From positions 6,157 through 70,156 of the forward strand of contig DATFMH010000146.1 in NCBI GenBank assembly GCA_035267045.1: a DNA stretch of 64,000 nucleotides. Direction: 5' to 3'. The number at the start of each line of letters is the position of its first letter. Positions within the stretch are counted from its first letter, which is position 1. The notes beneath the pieces are model-generated. The model saw only the letters and a list, made by a program, of their open reading frames with translations. It did not search any database and was not told the DNA's origin. This document shows positions 1 through 9,787 of the stretch, in pieces. Both the position numbers and the translations under genes were made by a program. This DNA comes from Balneolales bacterium (GTDB lineage Bacteria; Bacteroidota; Rhodothermia; Balneolales; DATFMH01).

Positions 1-939
1 CGGTGAATACGAGGTCACAATTACGTTTGAAGGATCATAGACTTTTGAAGATTTCAACAACTTCGCCCTTTTTATAACAGCTATCTTGTGTTGATTTAAC
101 CACGAAGATAAATATTGAGCCGCGAACAGGGCAGGATCGGGTATAGCTCCTTTTATTGAAAATTCGGAAACACCGGCCGGTACAGTTCCTTTAAGAAGCG
201 CCGTATATTGACGTGGTGCACAGTAAATATACCCCTGATCACCGGATCCTCTAAAGCCTGTTTTCATTTCGTTTATAAAATGTAAGCCCGGGATATTCGG
301 TTTCATTCGTAATACTTCGGCAGAGTCCCCGTATTGTTTGCCCGGTTTGAAATAAAGATGGTACATATTATTGTGAATGGATAAAGCATTCACGCCTGCA
401 CCATAGTAATTCCCCATATCCATCCATTGCCAGAAATCGGGCACGGTCTGTGGATCGAATAATGTGTTATCGGCGATCACTGATCCATCAATTGTATTAA
501 TACCGGCAATTTTTATAGCAGTAGCCCACGACTGCATCAGACTGTCAAGTGATTGAGATCCCTTGACAAGATCAGACCCCAGGGTGGGGTCGCCGCCGCC
601 GACAATATACAGATTGCCGTGCAATGTACTGTCGGAATTAATGGTACCGTCATAAAATAGCTTTGTTTTATACCGGTAATCGGGTCCCAATACATTTAAA
701 GCGGTGGAGGTAGTAAATACTTTCAAACCAGATCCCGGGGTCATCGATTTTTGACTATTCAAAGATATGATAGGTTTACCGGTATCCACATATTCGGCGT
801 ATATGCTCCAATGAGCGTTTTTGAGAGTGGGTGTGTTTTGTAGTTGCTCGATTAATTTTACCAGCTTTTTGTTGTAAGCCGGTTTTTGGGAGGGATTACC
901 GGACAGAAAAAGATTGAAGATTAAAAAAAGTATGAGCAC
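1..939 (-). CDS. dacB: D-alanyl-D-alanine carboxypeptidase/endopeptidase, PBP4 (peptidase S13) family; C-terminal part lies beyond the window edge
   Basis: Minus-strand frame open from GTG at 939 (in-frame TAA just upstream) to position 1. It is absent from the ORF track because there is no stop in the window. My translation VLILFLIFNLFLSGNPSQKPAYNKKLVKLIEQLQNTPTLKNAHWSIYAEYVDTGKPIISLNSQKSMTPGSGLKVFTTSTALNVLGPDYRYKTKLFYDGTINSDSTLHGNLYIVGGGDPTLG shows a signal peptide, an SxxK motif (SGLK) and the PBP4-like GGGDPTL block. Confidence 0.7.
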   Translation of the reverse strand, partial: MLILFLIFNLFLSGNPSQKPAYNKKLVKLIEQLQNTPTLKNAHWSIYAEYVDTGKPIISLNSQKSMTPGSGLKVFTTSTALNVLGPDYRYKTKLFYDGTINSDSTLHGNLYIVGGGDPTLGSDLVKGSQSLDSLMQSWATAIKIAGINTIDGSVIADNTLFDPQTVPDFWQWMDMGNYYGAGVNALSIHNNMYHLYFKPGKQYGDSAEVLRMKPNIPGLHFINEMKTGFRGSGDQGYIYCAPRQYTALLKGTVPAGVSEFSIKGAIPDPALFAAQYLSSWLNQHKIAVIKRAKLLKSSKVYDPSNVIVTSYSP

Positions 940-1015
940 GATAAATTATGCGTATTTATTATAGTTATTCAAGCCTAAGGGTTGTAATGAAAGTAAATAA
1001 TTACTTATTAGATAA

Positions 1016-1699
1016 TTACAACTGTGCAGCCGTTATTTCTTTGATGTTTCCGTCTTCGAGTTTCATTGTACGGTGAGGAAAATGTTTTACCACATCATAA
1101 TTATGCGTCACCATCAGGACGGCCATACCTCGGTTATTGATTTTTTGGAATAATTCCATGATAGAAGCTGAAGCGTCGGGGTCGAGGTTCCCTGTTGGTT
1201 CATCAGCCAGCATGATACGGGGCTCGTTCACCAGCGCTCGCGCTATAACAACTCGTTGCTGCTCGCCTCCTGATAGGTCGTTTGGCATATTTTGTCTTTT
1301 ATGGCTAAGCCCAACCATAGACAAAACCTCAAGCACACGCTGTTTAATGATGCTACTCCTGGCAGAGGTCACTTCTAATGCAAAGGCCACATTATCATAT
1401 ACATTACGATCGGGCATGAGTTGAAAATCCTGGAACACGATGCCGAGGCTGCGTCGCAACATTGGGACTTTTCGCCGATTCAGGCGGGGAACATTATAGC
1501 CTGCTACGTGTACATCACCATAATCAGGCAGTACATCGCGATAGATCAATTTTAGAAACGAACTTTTTCCGGCTCCGGTGTGACCAATTAGATACACAAA
1601 TTCGCCATTCTGCAGATAAAAATTAATATTGTTTAAAACCCTCCGGTTCTCGTAGGTCACTGATACATTTCTAAACTCTATTACTATATCATCCATCAT
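1016..1699 (-). CDS. ftsE: cell division ATP-binding protein FtsE
   Basis: 227 aa. Walker A GHTGAGKSS, signature LSGGEQQR, Walker B MLADEPTGNLD. Size and overall sequence are typical of FtsE. Confidence 0.85.
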   Translation of the reverse strand: MMDDIVIEFRNVSVTYENRRVLNNINFYLQNGEFVYLIGHTGAGKSSFLKLIYRDVLPDYGDVHVAGYNVPRLNRRKVPMLRRSLGIVFQDFQLMPDRNVYDNVAFALEVTSARSSIIKQRVLEVLSMVGLSHKRQNMPNDLSGGEQQRVVIARALVNEPRIMLADEPTGNLDPDASASIMELFQKINNRGMAVLMVTHNYDVVKHFPHRTMKLEDGNIKEITAAQL

Positions 1700-2475
1700 T
1701 GTAATACCATCGTGATTCGATCGCTGTTATCATCTGCCTCAATTAAATCGAAAGTGTCGTATTTGGCAACTAATTTAAAATCACTTTGATTTACGATACT
1801 TGTCATTTGAGCTAAAGTATACACACGTTGTTTGTGAATTTCATGATATATTTCACCAGCAACGTTTTTATTTGAATCTAACTTCTCAATTTGAAACTCA
1901 TTATAATGGATCCCCTCGATCGCATCATATTTACTTTTCCGGATATATTGATAATTGTTGTGCGATAATCCTTTATCATTCAGTAGCTTTTCAGCTTTTT
2001 CAGAGTTGGAAGGGGTGGTAAAATCGAAAATAAAATATCCATTCCGATTGAGTAATGGCTTAATCTGTTGCAGAACCGTAATGATATCTTTTTCGGATAG
2101 TAAATAGTTGATACTGTCGAAAAGCATCAATACCACATCATAGGTCTGATCAATAGTTATACGGGTGAAATCCATCTGCTTAAAATCAACAGTAGCATTA
2201 ATATAATCAGCTTTTTTACGCGCTACATCGATCATCTCCTGAGACAGGTCGGTAGCTGTAATATTATAACAGTCAAGCTCATCAAGAGAAATGGCAAACG
2301 AACCTGTACCACAAGCGAGCTCCAGGATAGAATAGGTATCGGGATTATGATTTTGAATGATGGCGTCAATAAAATTTGACCACAACTCATAATCAATATC
2401 GCTCATTACATCATCATAAATCAAAGCAAGGCTCTGGTAAATATCGGTTGAAATATGCGATTCCGGTGTACTCAC
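1696..2475 (-). CDS. class I SAM-dependent methyltransferase
   Basis: SAM-binding motif ILELACGTGSF followed by an acidic residue (ATDLS). 4-nt overlaps with pdxA and ftsE suggest one operon. Confidence 0.7.
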   Translation of the reverse strand: MSTPESHISTDIYQSLALIYDDVMSDIDYELWSNFIDAIIQNHNPDTYSILELACGTGSFAISLDELDCYNITATDLSQEMIDVARKKADYINATVDFKQMDFTRITIDQTYDVVLMLFDSINYLLSEKDIITVLQQIKPLLNRNGYFIFDFTTPSNSEKAEKLLNDKGLSHNNYQYIRKSKYDAIEGIHYNEFQIEKLDSNKNVAGEIYHEIHKQRVYTLAQMTSIVNQSDFKLVAKYDTFDLIEADDNSDRITMVLQ

Positions 2476-3476
2476 GAAGCGTATTCCTTATTTCTATTCA
2501 TGCTTAATTTATAAGCCAGTTCTATGGCCTGAATGAGTGATTTATGACTGGCTTTGTTTTTACCGGCAATATCAAAAGCTGTTCCATGGTCCGGAGACGT
2601 TCTGATAATAGGCAGGCCGGCCGTGAAATTGATCCCTGCATTGAACGATAACGTTTTGAATGGAATAAGTCCCTGATCATGATACATGGCGATAACACCG
2701 TCATATTGTTCATACATTCGATTACCGAAGAATCCGTCAGCGGGGAAAGGACCGTCGGTTTCAATACCTGCTTGTACAGCGTCGTTCATAGCGGGGCGTA
2801 TGATGTCTATTTCTTCTTTACCTATGACACCTCCGTCACCGGCGTGAGGATTGAGGCCCAAAACAGCGATGCGAGGCTTTTTGAGGTCGAAATCATCCGA
2901 TAACGTTTTATGCATACTCTGTATACGGCCAAGGATGGCTTTCCTGGTAACTTGAGAGACAACCTCGGCCAATGGGATGTGAATAGTTACCAGACCGACA
3001 CGTAAACGATCGTTAACCATCATCATCATGTATTTTTTGCAATTTGTTTTATCGGCAAGGAACTCCGTATGTCCGGGATAGGGATATCCGGCTTTCTGAA
3101 TAGCCTCTTTTGAAATTGGGGCGGTGACCAAAGCATCTGCTTTATGTTCCATACATAGATTAATTCCCGTCTCCACAGCACGCATTGACATATCTCCGGC
3201 ATTCTTTTCTATTTGTCCCATATGAATAACTATCTTATCGGCCGGCAGACATTCAAGAACATTGACTTCACCGATATACATATCCTGAATGGAAGATATC
3301 GCATGATATGGTAAACTTATATCTAATGTATCCAGGTAAAAATTCACTATTTTTGATGATCCTAAAATAATGGGTGTCATTTTATTACTATCCATCAGTT
3401 CATGAACAGCTTTAATAGTTACTTCCGGGCCAATTCCGTTATAATCCCCAATGGAAATGGCTATGCGTGGATACAT
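2472..3476 (-). CDS. pdxA: 4-hydroxythreonine-4-phosphate dehydrogenase PdxA
   Basis: 334 aa. Blocks IAISIGDYNGIGPEV, GYPYPGHTEFLA, LGLNPHAGDGG, HDQGLIPFK and IRTSPDHGTAFDIAGK are typical of PdxA. Confidence 0.85.
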   Translation of the reverse strand: MYPRIAISIGDYNGIGPEVTIKAVHELMDSNKMTPIILGSSKIVNFYLDTLDISLPYHAISSIQDMYIGEVNVLECLPADKIVIHMGQIEKNAGDMSMRAVETGINLCMEHKADALVTAPISKEAIQKAGYPYPGHTEFLADKTNCKKYMMMMVNDRLRVGLVTIHIPLAEVVSQVTRKAILGRIQSMHKTLSDDFDLKKPRIAVLGLNPHAGDGGVIGKEEIDIIRPAMNDAVQAGIETDGPFPADGFFGNRMYEQYDGVIAMYHDQGLIPFKTLSFNAGINFTAGLPIIRTSPDHGTAFDIAGKNKASHKSLIQAIELAYKLSMNRNKEYAS

Positions 3477-3502
3477 TCAGATACCTTTTTATTAATGAAT
3501 AA

Positions 3503-4999
3503 TTATTTAACGAGTTCGAAATCGCCGAAACCGCTTGTCGCCTGAAAAGCATATTTTCGCTTACCGTAATACCAGATGACAATGGCCGGACCGTTAGTGG
3601 GAAAATGTCGTTCAATCCTGTCTGGCGGACCAAGATTAATGTAAACCTTACCCTGATCTGTGTCATAACCCGGTTTGTTGATCGTAGTAAAATGTTCCCA
3701 TGCATAATCAATTCGGCGATAGTATTCGGCCATCAATTCATTGTATTGAGTATTGGGCGTTGGATCCCGTTTTTTCCAGAATTCACGGAATTTCTGTTCC
3801 CGTTCTTTAAAGGATCCGCTATTCATCTCTTTTACTTTATCTTTATTGAGAATAAAGTGCAGCATATCGATGGAAACATTCAGATTCAATAAACTGGTCG
3901 GCATGTTCAGCCAGCGTGATTGAAAAATTCTTGAGGTAAGAATCTTATTATTCTTATTGTTGATAATCTTTATCCGATACGAATCGTTGGCAAATCGGCT
4001 GTTGGGGATACTGGCATAAGCATAATTTGGATCTTCATCCTTAACTAATTTGAGATATACTTTATTATGAGAAGTATCAGCTTTAAGTCCAATATTATTA
4101 ATTACATTATCAGCTGATATATCTGATGTATAAGCAATTTTGGCTGAACTTGTGTCCTTGGGATTTGTCCCAAGGTTATCGATTTCAACTTTATAATCTG
4201 TGCCTTGCTCATTTTGGGGAACACTGAATAAAATGCCAAAATTTTTACCGTAATAGACATTATCACCGAAATTGAGCAATGGTAATTTATCCGAAGCATC
4301 GAATTTTTTTATTTGATCGAGCATGATAATGGAGGAAGTGTGTTCTTTGGTATAATCCGGAACGTGGATTATCCTCACTGTACTATGTTTGCCTTCACTG
4401 ATATCAGGTTCACTTAATTGAAGGAATGCACTATAATATCCTGGTTTGAGTTCTACGGAAAAGAATCCCTGAAGATATTCTTTATGGGATTTTGTTTCTT
4501 CGTATGTTTTTGCTTTAGCCACACCCCGCCAGAACGTCCTTGTAACAGATTCTTTATTTGGGGGAAGTTGGATATTATCCTGTCCGGTAAAACGATCACG
4601 GTCTCTTCGGTCACGGTCATCCCTGTCTGATCTTTGTTCCGGCCGTTTTTCCTTATTTTTATCGATATGAAGTGTTGAATCCCCCTTGAAAACCTCAAGA
4701 TTTATATTGACATGTGCTTCAAAATTCTTGTTACTCTTTAAATACTGATCCCCATTATCCGAGACAGCTTTTTTAAAAGTCAGATAATCGTTTTCGATCT
4801 TAAAACTGATTAGCACTTTATTTTTCTCATTATTTTTTTGAGGTAACACAACGTAATCATAGTATATACGCGGTTGGCGTGAATGCTTAACAAGCATCGG
4901 ATATGTCATATTCCGCTGAGCTAATACAGGAAATGTCATCCCCAATAATAAGAGGATAAATGTCGGTAATTTTAATGTATATGTGGATTTATTGTTCAC
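3503..4999 (-). CDS. GWxTD domain-containing secreted protein
   Basis: N-terminal signal peptide. C-terminal block KPGYDTDQGKVYINLGPPD matches the GWxTD domain pattern. Internal RDDRDRRDRDR low-complexity stretch. Confidence 0.7.
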   Translation of the reverse strand: MNNKSTYTLKLPTFILLLLGMTFPVLAQRNMTYPMLVKHSRQPRIYYDYVVLPQKNNEKNKVLISFKIENDYLTFKKAVSDNGDQYLKSNKNFEAHVNINLEVFKGDSTLHIDKNKEKRPEQRSDRDDRDRRDRDRFTGQDNIQLPPNKESVTRTFWRGVAKAKTYEETKSHKEYLQGFFSVELKPGYYSAFLQLSEPDISEGKHSTVRIIHVPDYTKEHTSSIIMLDQIKKFDASDKLPLLNFGDNVYYGKNFGILFSVPQNEQGTDYKVEIDNLGTNPKDTSSAKIAYTSDISADNVINNIGLKADTSHNKVYLKLVKDEDPNYAYASIPNSRFANDSYRIKIINNKNNKILTSRIFQSRWLNMPTSLLNLNVSIDMLHFILNKDKVKEMNSGSFKEREQKFREFWKKRDPTPNTQYNELMAEYYRRIDYAWEHFTTINKPGYDTDQGKVYINLGPPDRIERHFPTNGPAIVIWYYGKRKYAFQATSGFGDFELVK

Positions 5000-5252
5000 A
5001 ATAAGTAGCCATTAGTTGAAGGTTACACATGTAATATAACGCTAAACAAATATAGAGAAAGAACCTATCTTAAAATACGTAACGTGTTATTTGGAATGTT
5101 AATTGCTATTAACGATCATTTTCATCCAATTATCTTATAAAGTATAAAAGATAAGGTAAAATTTTTCTGAACGAGTCAGTCTGTTTAAATTTACTTATCT
5201 TGATTTCCAGAATAAGACATATAACCTATCAAAGTATTAAAAGAATTATTTT

Positions 5253-6899
5253 ATGGGTCTGAAACAATCAGGAAACACCAAAACTAATGATTTTCGCACT
5301 AGTCATTTAAAAACTATTGAAGAGCTGAATAAAACAGAAGCTAAAATCAGGAAAGGCGGCGGTAAGAAACGAGCCGATAAGGAACATTCAAAAGGTAAAT
5401 TAACAGCCAGAGAACGCATTCAAAAATTATTGGATAAGGACACGGTATTTCATGAAATTGGTATTTGGGCCGGTGATGGAATGTATGAAGAAGTGGGCGG
5501 ATGTCCGGCTGCGGGTGTGATAACCGGAGTGGGCACGATCTCCGGCAGAGAATGTATGATCGTCGCCAATGATGCTACCGTCAAAGCCGGTGCATGGTTT
5601 CCGATAACTGCCAAGAAGAATTTGCGTGCACAGGAAATAGCCATGGAGAATTATCTGCCGCTAATATATCTGGTCGATTCGGCCGGTGTTTATTTGCCCA
5701 TGCAGGATGAGATATTTCCCGATAAAGAGCATTTTGGACGCATTTTCAGGAATAATGCCAGGATAAGCGCTATGGGTATACCACAAATTGCGGCTATCAT
5801 GGGCAGCTGTGTGGCGGGCGGGGCATATCTTCCGATTATGAGTGATGAAGCGTTAATTGTGGATGGTACTGGAAGCGTTTTTCTGGCCGGCAGTTACCTG
5901 GTTAAGTCGGCTATCGGGGAGAATGTAGATAATGAAACATTGGGCGGAGCTACTGCTCAAACTGAAATCAGCGGGGTGACGGATTATAAAATGCCTGATG
6001 ACGATACATGTCTGAGTACTATCCGTGACCTTGTGGACAAATTAGGGCCTTTTGATAAAGCTGATTTCAACCGTTCGGAACCCAAAGATCCGGATAAAGA
6101 TCCGGACGAAATATTCAATATTATGCCACCGGATGCTTCCCGCCCGTACGATATGATGGAAGTATTGAAATGTATCATTGATGAAGACAGTTTTACGGAA
6201 TTCAAAAAAGGATACGGGCAAACATTGCTGACCGGTTATGCGCGTATCGACGGGTGGAGTGTCGGTATCGTGGCCAATCAAAGGCTGATTGTAAAATCAA
6301 AGAAGGGAGAGATGCAGATCGGCGGAGTAATTTATTCCGATAGCGCCGATAAAGCAGCTCGTTTCATTTTGAATTGCAATCAGAAGAAAATACCAATCGT
6401 CTTTTTCCAGGATGTATCAGGTTTCATGGTTGGTAAAAGAGCAGAGCATGGTGGCATCATCAAAGACGGTGCAAAGATGGTCAATGCCGTGGCTAACAGT
6501 ATCGTGCCCAAGATAACCGTTGTCGTTGGAAACAGTTACGGAGCAGGAAATTATGCTATGTGTGGCCGTGCTTATGATCCTCGTTTTATGTTTGCATGGC
6601 CTACGGCTAAAATTGCTGTTATGGGTGGCCAACAGGCCGCAAATACCCTATTACAGATTAAGGTGTCATCCATGAAGAAAAAGGGTGAGAAAGTGAGTGA
6701 CGAGGATAAGCAAACGTTTCTGAAAGAAATCAGTGACCGGTACGATTCACAGACAAAAGTACGATATGCGGCTGCCCGACTTTGGGTGGATGCCATTATC
6801 AATCCAATGGAAACAAGGCAAAAAATATCGATGGCGATAAATGTGGCCAATCATAATCCACATTTTGAATCTTTCAAAACTGGCGTAATTCAGACTTAA
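5253..6899 (+). CDS. acyl-CoA carboxylase carboxyltransferase (beta) subunit, methylcrotonoyl-CoA carboxylase beta-like
   Basis: 548 aa. GKLTARERIQKLLD, FPDKEHFGRIFRNNA, GSCVAGGAYLPIMSDE and the second carboxyltransferase half (FFQDVSGFMVG) are typical of the MccB/PccB family. No biotin carboxylase partner is present in the window. Confidence 0.8.
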   Translation: MGLKQSGNTKTNDFRTSHLKTIEELNKTEAKIRKGGGKKRADKEHSKGKLTARERIQKLLDKDTVFHEIGIWAGDGMYEEVGGCPAAGVITGVGTISGRECMIVANDATVKAGAWFPITAKKNLRAQEIAMENYLPLIYLVDSAGVYLPMQDEIFPDKEHFGRIFRNNARISAMGIPQIAAIMGSCVAGGAYLPIMSDEALIVDGTGSVFLAGSYLVKSAIGENVDNETLGGATAQTEISGVTDYKMPDDDTCLSTIRDLVDKLGPFDKADFNRSEPKDPDKDPDEIFNIMPPDASRPYDMMEVLKCIIDEDSFTEFKKGYGQTLLTGYARIDGWSVGIVANQRLIVKSKKGEMQIGGVIYSDSADKAARFILNCNQKKIPIVFFQDVSGFMVGKRAEHGGIIKDGAKMVNAVANSIVPKITVVVGNSYGAGNYAMCGRAYDPRFMFAWPTAKIAVMGGQQAANTLLQIKVSSMKKKGEKVSDEDKQTFLKEISDRYDSQTKVRYAAARLWVDAIINPMETRQKISMAINVANHNPHFESFKTGVIQT

Positions 6900-7277
6900 T
6901 ATAGAGATACGTGTTAAGTGATTTAATTTGGTTTGTAAATTTTTAATAGGTTAACAAACGCTGTTATTTATATTCTGTTCCGGAATACCAGTGGTCAGAC
7001 GGTACAAAACCGTGAGACCACTATGAATAATATTGCTATCAAGCCTATGTCATTTACTACCTGATGGGAATCCAGATGAATAGGGCTATGGGTATTAGTT
7101 GTCGAGAATGATTTGTTAACCTAATTATAGTGTTTTACTCTATGTGCCTTGCACTCTGCGCTTTGTTGAAAACACAATCATGCCTGTGTCAAAAACTAAT
7201 ATAATGTTGCTTTTACTATTTATTTGTACATTTAAATCAGGTACGGATATAAAATTCAATTTATTTTTGGTAGAAAT

Positions 7278-8261
7278 TTGCAGAATATATCCAAATATCG
7301 TCCGATTCTCATTGTAGGTATCGTAATTTTATTATTGCTACTCTATAATCATTGGTCACATCCTCGTTCCAATGAAGTAAAGGAAGCATGGAAACCAAAG
7401 AATGTTGAAACAGATGTACCGGCTGGTCCTAAAGGACAATTAATCAAATACGGTTATGAACTCATCAGACACACATCGAAATATATTGGTCCGGATGTGG
7501 CAGACAAAAAGATGCGTTTTGCCGGTAATAACCTGTCTTGTCAAAACTGCCATTTGGATGCAGGGACTAAACCGGGTGGGGCTTCCTTCGTGGGAGTGAT
7601 CAATCGGTTTCCCCAGTTTCGAAAAAGAGACAACAAAATCAGCAGTATTGAGGATCGTATTGAAGGATGTATGCAGAGAAGCATGAATGGAAAACCGCTG
7701 CCTGACAGCAGTCGTGAAATGAAAGCGATTGTAGCATACATGAAATGGCTGAGTGAGGATGTGCCACCTGAATATGAAAAAAAATATAAGGGATATCCCG
7801 GCTTAAAGATACCCAGCCGTCAGGCTGATACAATGAGAGGCAGAACTTTGTATATTCAAAACTGTGCAAAATGCCACGGTACTGATGGACAGGGAGAATA
7901 TAATGGTAAAAACCGTGCAGACGGATATCGTTATCCGCCATTATGGGGAAAAGGTAGTTTTAATAATGGAGCCGGAATGGATCGTATATTAAAAGCTGCA
8001 TCTTTCATAAAAGGCAATATGCCGTTTGGCGTGACAATCGGTACGCAATACCTAACCGATGACGAATGCTATGATATCGCGGCATATGTCGATTCACACA
8101 GCAGGCCGGTAAAATCAGAATTATCCAAAGATTTTCCGGACCGGTCACTAAAACCTATCGATTGCCCGTATGGTCCCTTTGCAGATCCTTTTCCCCAGAA
8201 ACAGCATAAATACGGGCCTTTCCAGCCGATTAAAAAATATTACGCTTCCCCCAAGCATTAA
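7278..8261 (+). CDS. diheme cytochrome c, thiosulfate dehydrogenase TsdA-like
   Basis: Two CxxCH motifs (CQNCH, CAKCH). N-terminal membrane anchor or signal. Conserved Cys in IEGCMQRSMNG and Met in GNMPF at TsdA-like spacing. The TTG start from the track is uncertain. Confidence 0.6.
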   Translation: MQNISKYRPILIVGIVILLLLLYNHWSHPRSNEVKEAWKPKNVETDVPAGPKGQLIKYGYELIRHTSKYIGPDVADKKMRFAGNNLSCQNCHLDAGTKPGGASFVGVINRFPQFRKRDNKISSIEDRIEGCMQRSMNGKPLPDSSREMKAIVAYMKWLSEDVPPEYEKKYKGYPGLKIPSRQADTMRGRTLYIQNCAKCHGTDGQGEYNGKNRADGYRYPPLWGKGSFNNGAGMDRILKAASFIKGNMPFGVTIGTQYLTDDECYDIAAYVDSHSRPVKSELSKDFPDRSLKPIDCPYGPFADPFPQKQHKYGPFQPIKKYYASPKH

Positions 8262-8301
8262 TTATAAATATTTGTATGCATTAACCTCCGATGGTTAACG
8301 G

Positions 8302-8859
8302 TTAGAAGGGCATTAATGCATATCCCTTCATTTCATATGTTGGAACAACAGTTAAAGCTGATAAAGCCAGTTTGACATTGGGATTAATATCGGATTCACT
8401 GTACCATAAACCCGTGATAGCCTGACCGCAAACGAATAATTTTACATGGCCTTTCTCTTTGAGTTCCTTTAGCAAAAAAGTATTGGGATTTTTATTTCCA
8501 AATTTGTCTTTATAAGCCTTGTTGTTCAAAGCGGCATACGTTCCGGATCCGGTCATTACAGCCACAAGTTTCATCTTTTCCGGTGGTATGCCAGCGGCTG
8601 CATAAATGTTTATCAACCGGGCCAGATGAGACAACCCCTCGTTGACATCATCCTTTTTCTTATCCTTTGTTATCGAAAAAATAATTTTATACTGAATATT
8701 TGTATCGGGTTGAACGGCTGCATTCGGTAGATATACCTCGGCACCATATCCCTTAATAACCGGATAATTCCATTGGGCATAGACTTCTGATAGGGGTAGA
8801 ACCAAAACAAACATCAGGAGAGGTAAAAATGAGATTTTTTTCTGCATGGTAAACTCCAT
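8302..8859 (-). CDS. DsrE/DsrF-like family protein, secreted
   Basis: 185 aa with a signal peptide (probable start at the internal MQKKISFLPLL). DsrE-like fold signature with Cys in KLFVCGQAITG. Confidence 0.55.
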   Translation of the reverse strand: MEFTMQKKISFLPLLMFVLVLPLSEVYAQWNYPVIKGYGAEVYLPNAAVQPDTNIQYKIIFSITKDKKKDDVNEGLSHLARLINIYAAAGIPPEKMKLVAVMTGSGTYAALNNKAYKDKFGNKNPNTFLLKELKEKGHVKLFVCGQAITGLWYSESDINPNVKLALSALTVVPTYEMKGYALMPF

Positions 8860-9102
8860 TGGTACAATTTTGTAATGAAATACAATTACTAAGCGGACTT
8901 AAGGTAATGAAACAATAGATAATGTTTGGATAAAAAAATATAAACGAGGTTGTAGTTGCTATTCCGATAGTTAGGTCATGTAATGTAGATTTCGGATGTG
9001 AGAGAATTTAAAAAATGGGAATTATTGCCAATTATTCCTGTGAATAGAATATTGATTTAATTAGATTTATTATAATTATAGGACCTGTAAAATGTGGTGA
9101 TT

Positions 9103-9339
9103 ATGACTAGTTGGAGAGATCGTATAACAATTAACCCAAACCTCTGCGGAGGACGCCCATGCATCCGGGGAATGAGAATCCCTGTGGCCGATATACTTAA
9201 ATTGTATGAAGCCGATTTAACCCAGGATCAGATTCTTAATAAGTTTCCGGATCTTGAAAAGCAAGATATAGAGGCGGCATTTAAATTTGTGATTAGTAAG
9301 CTTGATTATCCGATGTTACCCTACGATGATCTTGATTGA
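9103..9339 (+). CDS. DUF433 domain protein (antitoxin-like, orphan)
   Basis: NPNLCGGRPCIRGMRIPVADIL is the DUF433 core. I prefer the ATG at 9103 over the track GTG at 9094. The 3' end overlaps the convergent merC-like gene. Confidence 0.6.
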   Translation: MTSWRDRITINPNLCGGRPCIRGMRIPVADILKLYEADLTQDQILNKFPDLEKQDIEAAFKFVISKLDYPMLPYDDLD

Positions 9340-9775
9340 CTTGCTGATGTTCCGGATTATGGCATACATGAGTATGATGATTGTTCTTGTATGTTGACCA
9401 CGCCAGCATCCCGGCTCCTATAAAAGTAAATAATGCATTGAAATAGAATGTTTTTACTGATATTCCCCGTATCAAGTATATAAGGCCTTTATCCGGGATC
9501 AGTAATTGAGCCGCAACCAGCGTTATTAACCCGATCAGGAAAATTTGCATGAGTTTTCTATTTCTGTGTTTAAACCATGTAGGCAGAAACCCTAACATAC
9601 TTATGGGAATGATCATCAGGACTATGGTTACTTGAACGGTGCCGTCAAAAAATTCGGATACAAAAGGGAGGAGCATGATCATAAAGGGATGTACCATGCA
9701 GTGTACAACACATATAGATGAAAAAATGATACTAATACGTGATAAAAAGGTGGATCGTGTCTCTGTACTTTCCAT
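9293..9775 (-). CDS. MerC-like membrane protein with His-rich C-terminal tail
   Basis: Four predicted TM segments. N-terminal SSICVVHCMVHP (CxxHC-type MerC motif). C-terminal HHTHVCHNPEHQQVNQDH. Starts 12 bp downstream of the Fur-family gene. Confidence 0.55.
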   Translation of the reverse strand: MESTETRSTFLSRISIIFSSICVVHCMVHPFMIMLLPFVSEFFDGTVQVTIVLMIIPISMLGFLPTWFKHRNRKLMQIFLIGLITLVAAQLLIPDKGLIYLIRGISVKTFYFNALFTFIGAGMLAWSTYKNNHHTHVCHNPEHQQVNQDHRRVTSDNQAY

Positions 9776-9787
9776 AAATATTCTGAT

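Noticed and set aside
8281-8298. TTAACC-6 nt-GGTTAA hairpin between the convergent tsdA-like and dsrE-like genes as a terminator
   Set aside because: The stem is only 6 bp and AT-rich, with no U-tract on either side. Too weak to call.
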